Source of the DNA: an uncultured Gammaproteobacteria bacterium
Lineage (GTDB): Bacteria; Patescibacteriota; Patescibacteriia; UBA2591; UBA6264
Direction: 5' to 3'
DNA length: 19,449 nucleotides
Assembly (NCBI GenBank): GCA_964617525.1
Contig: CAZTWG010000006.1
Span: forward strand, 1 to 19,449
The notes under the pieces: generated by a model
Databases searched by the model: none
What the model was told of the DNA's origin: nothing
What the model saw: only the letters and a program-made list of their open reading frames with translations
Translations under genes and position numbers: made by a program
Shown: piece after piece, positions 10,002 to 17,272 of the stretch
Layout of the letters: the number at the start of each line of letters is the position of its first letter
Numbering within the stretch: position 1 is the first letter of the stretch

Positions 10002-11615
10002 CTATCTTATATCCTCCTTTTTATCTTTTAAAAAATATCTCCATTGCTCTAAAAATTCTACAAAAAAGAAAAAGGGTGTATCAATCAAGACGTTAAAGGC
10101 TACCCCTAAAATATTAACCCTTTTCCAACGAGCTAAAAGCCATTTCCCTACACTAATTATTGGGAGAGAAAACAAATCAATAATAACCTGAAAAAAACTT
10201 TCTTTTTCTTCTGTTACATGTAATTCTCTGGATCTCTTTCTTATTTTCGTCCCGGTAAAAGCAATCAGAGAAGTAAACATAATCAACAAAACATAAGAAA
10301 GTGGAGGATAATGTAATTTATGTAGACCCCAAAGTATAGAACCAAAACAAAAGCAAAAACTGATTGCATAAAGTAAATTATTGATTAATCTAAAAATTAT
10401 ATTTCCCTTAGGATAGACTTCTACCTCATAAATTTCTTCTGGTTGATCTTGATAAACAATTTTTTGGACCTCTTTAACAACTAACTTCCTGTTTTCCTTA
10501 GGGGGCATTCTTGCCGTTGAAACTAAAAGAAACATTAAGAAGGTTGGTCCCAAAACATCTAGCAATGCTGCTATTGGGTTAATGTTGCCCATTATATACT
10601 TTGCAAACGGAAATTCTAGAGCAAAAAGTGTAAAAATATTAGTAAGAAAAATGGATAAAGTGCTGTAAAAAGCAGCTCTTCCCAATCGAGACCTTAACGT
10701 ATTTAAACGCGAAGAATATGCTCTAGAAATTAGTTTATCTAAAGTTTTAGGTTCAGAGATTATAGCCACAATTTCTTGGAGATTTTTAGTCATAATATCA
10801 TCCAAGAGTAAATAAGGAGTATCATACCTCTCTGTTATTTTATAAAATTTATTCGCTAGAGGATGGTTCAACGCCTTACCAATGTCTTCCAAGATAACAC
10901 AAATATTTTGCGCTAATTCGTGGACTTGAGTTTCAGAGGCATGTCTCCAAAAAGGATAACGATGCTTAATGAGGTTATAGCTAATAATAGGCAAGTCTAA
11001 CCTAAAAAGAGCTTGTTGCGTAGCGATATAAATTTGGATATTTATCTCCTTCTCTGTGATTTCAGTCATTTTTTGAGCTCTTTCACCAACCTTTATACGC
11101 GTCTTCATTATATTTACCGCAAAATCTAAAAGAGCATTTTGCTTTAAATAAAAACTCGGATCTAAAACTTCTTCTATTTCGCAAGATGCTATACCCAAAA
11201 TATCTGTATAAAGCTCTGCTTGATTTTTGTACTTAATGTCTATTTTTTTCAAATTATCTAAGATAAAAATATACTTATCTAAAACATTTTGAATTATACT
11301 AATCTTTGCCTTTTCAATTGAAGCGTTAGGGAAATACCCTCCTCTTACCAACTCAAAAACAAAAGACTCAGCAATTTGCTGTTCCTTCGCTCTTAAAAGT
11401 AACCTTCTTTTTAATATCCTCTCAATAGCTATTCTCCTCATCAAGTGTTGTTCTTTCCAATCTACTATTTTCCTAATACGTTCATAAAAAGAAGCTACCT
11501 TGCTAGCCACTTCGTCAACTTTAATATTAACCGCTTCAGGGTCTGGAGAAAGCGATTCTTGCCAAAACTGATAATCTTTAATGAGTTTCTTGATGGCTGG
11601 AGAAATTTCTGCCAT
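10002..11615 (-). CDS. uncharacterised membrane protein (about 330-aa soluble helical N-terminal region plus 5-6 predicted TM helices)
   Basis: Long uninterrupted ORF. The track start at 11678 is TTG. The first ATG at 11615 (MAEISPAIKK...) is used, giving 537 aa. Hydrophobic segments run from about AAFYSTLSIFLTNIFTLFAL onward. I do not recognise any catalytic motif. Confidence 0.7.
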   Translation of the reverse strand: MAEISPAIKKLIKDYQFWQESLSPDPEAVNIKVDEVASKVASFYERIRKIVDWKEQHLMRRIAIERILKRRLLLRAKEQQIAESFVFELVRGGYFPNASIEKAKISIIQNVLDKYIFILDNLKKIDIKYKNQAELYTDILGIASCEIEEVLDPSFYLKQNALLDFAVNIMKTRIKVGERAQKMTEITEKEINIQIYIATQQALFRLDLPIISYNLIKHRYPFWRHASETQVHELAQNICVILEDIGKALNHPLANKFYKITERYDTPYLLLDDIMTKNLQEIVAIISEPKTLDKLISRAYSSRLNTLRSRLGRAAFYSTLSIFLTNIFTLFALEFPFAKYIMGNINPIAALLDVLGPTFLMFLLVSTARMPPKENRKLVVKEVQKIVYQDQPEEIYEVEVYPKGNIIFRLINNLLYAISFCFCFGSILWGLHKLHYPPLSYVLLIMFTSLIAFTGTKIRKRSRELHVTEEKESFFQVIIDLFSLPIISVGKWLLARWKRVNILGVAFNVLIDTPFFFFVEFLEQWRYFLKDKKEDIR

Positions 11616-11706
11616 ATTATATATTCTAAACAAAAAATAATTATTCTTTAATTCTAATACAATTAAATGATTTGTCAAAAAAATATTTTATGCTAAAGTC
11701 AATAAC

Positions 11707-12786
11707 ATGAAATATTCAAAAGAAAAAATTGTTATTCTAGGCATTGAAACATCATGCGATGAAACGGCGGCATCTTTGTTAGAGGTTAGAAAACGGAAAG
11801 GCCAACCTTCTTTTAGGGTTTTGAGTAAAGTCATTGCCTCTCAGATTCCCATACATAGCAAATACGGAGGCATTATCCCCGAACTAGCAGCCAGAGAACA
11901 TATTAAAAAAATAATACCCGTTATCAAAAAATCTTTAAACTTAAATCCATCTTTCATTGACTTAATTGCTGTAACTACTGGACCAGGACTGATAACCTCA
12001 CTTTTTGTTGGGGTAGAAACTGCTAAAGCGCTAGCTTACGCTTGGCAAAAACCGCTTATACCGATTAATCACCTTCAAGGGCACATTGCTGTTAATTTCA
12101 TTAACAATCAACCTCAATTCCCAGCGTTAGGATTGATTGTTTCAGGCGGACATACTGAGTTGATACTTATTAAAAAATATAATCAATACAAAAAAATTGG
12201 GCAAACTAGAGATGACGCTGCTGGGGAATGTTTCGATAAAGTATCTAAATTGCTTGGCCTAGGATATCCTGGTGGACCGGCAATTGCGAAAAGGGCTCAC
12301 CAACAATCAATAATTAATAGCGAACAATTAATAATCAATCTTCCGCGACCCATGATTAATTCTCGTGATTATGACTTCAGTTTCTCTGGGCTAAAAACAG
12401 CTGTTCTTTATTTAGTCCAAAAAATCCCAAAATCCAAGAGGAGGAAGGAAATTATATCACAGATTTGTACGGAAACTCAACAAGCGATTATTGATGTTTT
12501 AATCAAAAAAACATTGCAAGCCGCTCAAGAATTTAAAGTTAAATCAATTATTTTGGGCGGAGGCGTGATATCAAATGAACAGTTAAGGATTCAATTCTCA
12601 AAAAAAATAAAAGAATTAAAGATTCCTGCAAAATTATTAATCCCTGCTCGTGAATTTTGTCCAGATAATGCGACCATGATCGCTTCTGCTGCCTATTTCA
12701 AATATATCAATTTAACAAACAAGCAAAAAGATGGTTTAAAAAATAATTGGAAAAAGATAAAAGCAAATCCAAACCTAGAAATATAA
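11707..12786 (+). CDS. tsaD: tRNA N6-adenosine threonylcarbamoyltransferase (Kae1/TsaD family)
   Basis: ILGIETSCDETAASL, GPGLITSLFVG, HLQGHI and GLIVSGGHTEL motifs. 359 aa. Confidence 0.95.
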   Translation: MKYSKEKIVILGIETSCDETAASLLEVRKRKGQPSFRVLSKVIASQIPIHSKYGGIIPELAAREHIKKIIPVIKKSLNLNPSFIDLIAVTTGPGLITSLFVGVETAKALAYAWQKPLIPINHLQGHIAVNFINNQPQFPALGLIVSGGHTELILIKKYNQYKKIGQTRDDAAGECFDKVSKLLGLGYPGGPAIAKRAHQQSIINSEQLIINLPRPMINSRDYDFSFSGLKTAVLYLVQKIPKSKRRKEIISQICTETQQAIIDVLIKKTLQAAQEFKVKSIILGGGVISNEQLRIQFSKKIKELKIPAKLLIPAREFCPDNATMIASAAYFKYINLTNKQKDGLKNNWKKIKANPNLEI

Positions 12787-12805
12787 ATAAAATTAAATTA
12801 AACGC

Positions 12806-12830
12806 AAAGCTCCGCTAATAGCGGAGCTTT
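12806..12830. terminator. hairpin between convergent tsaD and oxidoreductase genes (probable bidirectional terminator)
   Basis: Perfect 10-bp stem aaagctccgc / gcggagcttt with a 5-nt loop and A/T runs on both sides. It lies 20 nt after the tsaD stop and 20 nt after the beta-subunit stop. Confidence 0.7.
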
Positions 12831-12849
12831 AAATTTATTCTATTGAAAA

Positions 12850-13635
12850 TTATTTATAAATTGGCTTATTAATCTTATAAAAGATGCCGATGGGAATTTT
12901 AGAATCTTTCTTATTGTATTGCCATTCGTTTATTCTCTTTAAAGCATATTTTTCGGAATCCAAATTAATATTAGGTATTTCATAAACCTTTTTATTGTAA
13001 AGCTCGAAAGTATTAAAAAAAGAAACACAAGGCTGGAGAATCTCAACAAATGAAAATCCTTTATGTCGAATACCTGCTAAAATTAAATCTTTAAGGTGAG
13101 CAACTTTTCCTGAATAACCGCGGGCGACAAATGTCGCATTAGAAGCCATTACTAATTTTAAAGGATTGAATGGTTCTTCAATACTACCACCTGGCGTAGA
13201 TTTACCCCCAAACCCTTTAGGAGAAGTAGACGTAAACTGTCCAGTCGTTAAAGCAAAACATCTATTATCATGTACTAACACAGTAATGTCAATGTTCCTT
13301 TTAGCAGCATGGATTAAGTGAGAAATTCCTTCATTATAGACTCCTCCATCACCACCGAAAACAATAACCTTTAATTTGTCATTAGCAATTTTTACTCCCT
13401 CAGCTGCAACAATTGAACGACCGTGCAGAGAACAGAAGCTATTCAAATTTAAATAATCAACAATTTTAGAGGCACATCCAATCCCACTGACTATAACTAT
13501 ATTTTCTTTTGACGTCCCAGCTTCAATTAGAGAAACAATCGCCTGTTTAAAAGCCATTAAGACGCCGAAATTACCACATCCTGGGCACCAAGTATTAACA
13601 CAATTTGTTTCTAATTTTAAATTATTTTTTTTCAT
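12850..13635 (-). CDS. 2-oxoacid:ferredoxin oxidoreductase, beta (TPP-binding) subunit
   Basis: WCPGCGNFG near the N-terminus and GGDGGVYNEG (TPP/Mg motif). 261 aa. The ATG overlaps the alpha-subunit 3' end by 14 nt. Substrate (pyruvate, 2-oxoglutarate or other) cannot be told from sequence. Confidence 0.9.
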   Translation of the reverse strand: MKKNNLKLETNCVNTWCPGCGNFGVLMAFKQAIVSLIEAGTSKENIVIVSGIGCASKIVDYLNLNSFCSLHGRSIVAAEGVKIANDKLKVIVFGGDGGVYNEGISHLIHAAKRNIDITVLVHDNRCFALTTGQFTSTSPKGFGGKSTPGGSIEEPFNPLKLVMASNATFVARGYSGKVAHLKDLILAGIRHKGFSFVEILQPCVSFFNTFELYNKKVYEIPNINLDSEKYALKRINEWQYNKKDSKIPIGIFYKINKPIYK

Positions 13636-15298
13636 TTTTCCTAATTTTATTAAAAGCTTTTTTTATTTCTTCTGCCATGAATGGTCTAGAGTTATATTTT
13701 AAAATTTTAGCATCTATTTTTACTCCATGACTGTTTAGAGTAGGTGCCAATTGGCCTAAAGCATTATTTTCCACCAAAATTAAACTTTTTACTCCCTCTA
13801 AAGCTTTTTTTATTTGTTTTATTGGCAATGGTTGGAGAACTAATGGCTGAATCATTTTAATATTTAAATCTTCGGCTGCTTCCTTAGCTGGTCCTTTGGT
13901 AGACCCCCAAGACAAAATTGCGCAAGAAGATTTTTGATTTCCGTAAATTTTAATTGCTCGCATTTTTTCTACCGCCATCTCCATCTCCTTATATTTTCTC
14001 AATCTTTTATCTTGCATCTTTTGAGCACTAATTTCATCTTCAATAGTGATTCCAGCTTCGTCATGCTCATAGCTAGTTATTTTAACCACTGCTCCCTTTT
14101 CCCCAGGAAAACATAATGGAGAAATTCCATTTTTTGTATCCTGATATCTTACATACTCACTACGAGCGTTTCCTTTTAAATATTTTATTGGTTTTATTTT
14201 TTTTAAAACCTTTTCGTCAAAACTAAAAGTACTTTCAGAAATCTGTTTATCTACTAACAAAATAGACGGAGTTTGATACTCCCAAGAAAGAGAAAGGAGC
14301 CGTCCCGCCCAATAACAAGATTCTTCCGCGTCTCCAGGAGCAACTAAAAATTTTACAATATCTCCATGTCCTGCCGTTAGCGAAAAAGATAAATCACTCT
14401 GAGCAGTATATGTAGGCACCCCACTAGCTGGAGCAGCCCTCTGACTATTAACAATAACTAAGGGAATTTCAGCCTGACAAGCTAAACTTAAAGATTCGGT
14501 CATTAATGCAAAACCACCTCCTGAAGTTCCTACCATAGAAGGCACCCCCGCATAAGCACTACCTAGGGCGGCGCCAATAACAGCTAATTCATTTTCCAGT
14601 TGAACAGTCTTTATTTTAAAATCTTTACTATGTTCGGCTAAATAATGCAAGATTCCCGTTGCCGGAGTCATGGGATAAGCAAAATACAAATTCAGTCCAG
14701 CTTTAACCGCTCCCCTAGATATGGCTTGATTGCCCGTCAAAAGAGAAAGTTTTTCTCTTTTTGTTTTTTTTATTTTTATCAAAGATTGATTTTGCTCAAA
14801 AGATGTTTTAGCAATTTGTAAATTTATATTCCTAGATTTTTTAAACTCTTTGGTTAATAACTCTTTTAAAATTTCCCATTCAATCCCGAGAATTTTCGCA
14901 AGCCCTGCGACTAAAGCAATATTTTCCATAATCTTCCTACCGCACAAATCCTTAACAATAGTCTGTGCTGGAATCCCTACAGCTTGATTTCTGGTAACAT
15001 TGAATTTATCAGAATTATAGACAAGTATTCCTTCTTTTTTTAGCTCAGATTGATGTTCGTCCAAAGTACGTTTATCTAGAGCAACCAAAAAATCTATTTT
15101 AGAACAAGAAGATAATTTTTTAGAAGTAGATATTCTTATATTAGAAAAACTATGGCCTCCTCTTATTAAAGACTGATAATCATCGTAAACAAAAACATAA
15201 TAACCCAAATTACTAAATAATTTGGCTATTAATAAACCAGCTCGGCGTGAACCAAGACCAGCTGCTCCCCCTATTAAAATAGAATAATCTATATTCAT
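13622..15298 (-). CDS. 2-oxoacid:ferredoxin oxidoreductase, fused gamma-alpha subunit
   Basis: N-terminal gamma-like domain (ILIGGAAGLGSRRAG), then an alpha domain (GNQAISRGAVKAGLNLYFAYPMTPAT). The track start at 15316 is TTG. The first ATG at 15298 is used. Confidence 0.9.
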   Translation of the reverse strand: MNIDYSILIGGAAGLGSRRAGLLIAKLFSNLGYYVFVYDDYQSLIRGGHSFSNIRISTSKKLSSCSKIDFLVALDKRTLDEHQSELKKEGILVYNSDKFNVTRNQAVGIPAQTIVKDLCGRKIMENIALVAGLAKILGIEWEILKELLTKEFKKSRNINLQIAKTSFEQNQSLIKIKKTKREKLSLLTGNQAISRGAVKAGLNLYFAYPMTPATGILHYLAEHSKDFKIKTVQLENELAVIGAALGSAYAGVPSMVGTSGGGFALMTESLSLACQAEIPLVIVNSQRAAPASGVPTYTAQSDLSFSLTAGHGDIVKFLVAPGDAEESCYWAGRLLSLSWEYQTPSILLVDKQISESTFSFDEKVLKKIKPIKYLKGNARSEYVRYQDTKNGISPLCFPGEKGAVVKITSYEHDEAGITIEDEISAQKMQDKRLRKYKEMEMAVEKMRAIKIYGNQKSSCAILSWGSTKGPAKEAAEDLNIKMIQPLVLQPLPIKQIKKALEGVKSLILVENNALGQLAPTLNSHGVKIDAKILKYNSRPFMAEEIKKAFNKIRKNEKK

Positions 15299-15327
15299 CT
15301 TTCTACTATTAATCAATTTTTAATAAA

Positions 15328-16045
15328 TTAAGCCATTGCTTTATTCCTAATACATTTGGACATCTTTCCAATTGCGTATCTAGATGCCATTCTGGACATA
15401 TTCCTTTTATTGGCCATTATAAAACCAAAAACTTTCTTTTGGCTATGAGCTGAAGCAGATTTTAACATCCAACCATAATCCTTTTGCACTAAATATTTTT
15501 TATTATACAATAAAATCGTAGCTATGTCAAAAATATTATCAAGATTATATTCAGTTACATGACGACGTTCTAACATTTCAATAGAACTAACAGTGAAAAC
15601 CTGCCCTACACATTGATTTTTAGATTTTGCCCAAGGTTTAACCATTTTAACCAATGCTAGCCAATCATAGAATAAATAATGTGCGCGCAGAAATCGTCAT
15701 CATTGCACCAACTATTTACATATTTTTGAGTCATTTTTAAAAAATATCAAAATCTGTTTTTCTAAATCTATCTTTTATCCTAAAAATCCACTGAACAGCA
15801 ACTGCAACTCCTTCACTGTAATCAAATTTTAAGAGCTCTTCTGTTAAAATAAATATCTTTTTTGCGAAAGCTTTTCATATTTTTAAAATATTTTTTGCAA
15901 TCTTACGGACAATTGGAGCCATAACCCCACAACAAACATTTTTTCCGTTGGGGAACCTTTTAACATCATATATTCATTTTTTATTAACTCTTACGCTAAG
16001 CTCTCTGCGAACGCTTTGTATCACTATATAGTTCTTAATTTATAG
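15328..16045 (-). pseudogene. decayed DNA alkylation repair (AlkD/HEAT-like, Pfam DNA_alkylation-type) gene
   Basis: The 108-aa track ORF (..YGWMLKSASAHS..MSRMASRYAIGKM..) is only the C-terminal part. Upstream, the homologous reading continues in other frames: ..VRRELSVRVNKK[TGA]IYDVKRFPNGKNVCCGVMAPIVRKIAKNILKI[TGA]KAF...DFDIF[TAA]K[TGA]. A shift then gives KYVNSWCNDDDFCAHIIYSMIG[TAG], and a second shift leads into the 108-aa frame. Confidence 0.65.
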
Positions 16046-16089
16046 TCTCCATTATTCTATAATCTTTTTTGTTCAAGCGAATGTCTTTT

Positions 16090-16666
16090 TTATTTAAAAT
16101 TTTTACGGACTAGATCTTTGTAGAATAAATATATCATCATTATTATGATAACAATAATTACAGTTAACCAAAAAATATAACTTTAAGATAAAACACTAAA
16201 TCACTCTAATATTTTTTGATATTTATATATTCAGTATTTATGTTGGGGAAAAGCAAATTTATATAACCCTATCTTAGAAATGGTTTCAAGAAAAACGAGA
16301 TCCGAAACGTATCCCATATTTTTATCGCTTTTAAAAAAATTAATAACAAGACCAAAAGAATTAATCCAAAAAATTTTTAAACAATAGATCGTTATAATTT
16401 TTAACGCTTACTCATACTATTGCTACACTGCGATATTCAATGATAAGATTAACCTAGAATATAATTAATGACAGTAATACGACTAGGAAGCATTACACTG
16501 ATAGCGCAGGGAATCTCGCCGATCTTATAGCTAACAAAAATTGCAATATTTAAGACAATCGATCTTTGGCTACAGCATCTAATATAATAATTTCAGGAAA
16601 AATCTCTTTATTGACCCATCTCCTTGACTCTACTGCTCTTTTCTACGCAAAAGGAATCATTGCCAT
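16090..16666 (-). pseudogene. decayed family-2 glycosyltransferase-like gene
   Basis: My minus-strand translation gives MAMIPFA[TAG]KRAVESRRWVNKEIFPEIIILDAVAKDRLS[TAA]... (compare IPAYNEE...EIIVVDDGS.D.T). Later comes NMGYVSDLVFLETISKIGLYKFAFPQHKY[TGA] (compare GF.FD.E....A...G..I.E.P). It ends in a terminal TM helix FWLTVIIVIIIMMIYLFYKDLVRKNFK[TAA]. There are many in-frame stops of all three kinds. Confidence 0.5.
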
Positions 16667-16745
16667 ATCCTCATACAACAAAAAGAATCAATTTTAAAAA
16701 AGATAAAAAATAAAAGTATAATAATTCTAAAATTATTATACTTTA

Positions 16746-16774
16746 TTGTAAATTAGATAAATTTAATGTACAAT
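16746..16774 (+). promoter_or_regulatory. candidate promoter for tsaE-valS (TTGTAA-17 nt-TACAAT)
   Basis: -35 at 16746..16751, -10 at 16769..16774, about 55 nt upstream of the tsaE ATG. This could be a chance match in AT-rich DNA. Confidence 0.3.
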
Positions 16775-16829
16775 AACTTAATTAAAAACAATATTTATAT
16801 TTTAGAATAATTCAGCGATATAATTAATT

Positions 16830-17264
16830 ATGAAAGTTGTTACTTTGTCTGAAAAGCAAACCCTAAATTTAGGTAAAAAAATTGCTAAACAATTAAAAGG
16901 TGGAGAAACAATAGCCCTAATCGGAGAGCTAGGCGCTGGTAAAACAATTTTTGCTAAAGGAATAGCGATTGGGCTTAAGTCCAAAAACATTATCACCAGC
17001 CCTACTTTTGTTTTAATGAAAGTTTATCCCATCAACCAAAAAAAAGGCGAGATTAAAACCCTTTGTCACGTAGATGCTTATCGTTTGATTTCGGGTAAAG
17101 ATTTGATAGATATAGGAATTAATGATTATTTAGGACAAAAAAACACCATTACCATAATTGAATGGGCTGACCGAACTAAAAAGATTTTGCCTAGAAACAC
17201 AATTTTTGTTAAAATAAAAGTTGAATCTAACGGAAAAAAAAGAATCATCAATATTAAAAAATAA
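16830..17264 (+). CDS. tsaE: tRNA t6A biosynthesis ATPase TsaE (YjeE family)
   Basis: 144 aa. P-loop GELGAGKTIFAKGIA, SPTF and HVDAYR motifs typical of YjeE/TsaE. Confidence 0.9.
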   Translation: MKVVTLSEKQTLNLGKKIAKQLKGGETIALIGELGAGKTIFAKGIAIGLKSKNIITSPTFVLMKVYPINQKKGEIKTLCHVDAYRLISGKDLIDIGINDYLGQKNTITIIEWADRTKKILPRNTIFVKIKVESNGKKRIINIKK

Positions 17265-17272
17265 CCAGAAAT

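Noticed and set aside
8752-11651. Track ORFs 8752..8982(+), 9466..9660(+), 9991..10191(+) and 11445..11651(+). Also 3404..3613(+), 13934..14116(+) and 16802..16996(-) elsewhere in the window.
   Set aside because: They are antisense or overlapping shadows of pyrG, the membrane protein, EndoQ, the oxidoreductase alpha subunit and tsaE.
15328-16666. Alternative genetic code (for example TGA read as an amino acid) as the explanation for the broken reading frames.
   Set aside because: TAA, TAG and TGA all interrupt the homologous frames, and true frameshifts are also needed. Every neighbouring gene, including about 725 codons of valS, is open under the standard code.
17265-17272. T-box or other leader upstream of valS.
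   Set aside because: Only 8 nt separate tsaE and valS, so there is no space for a riboswitch or attenuator.
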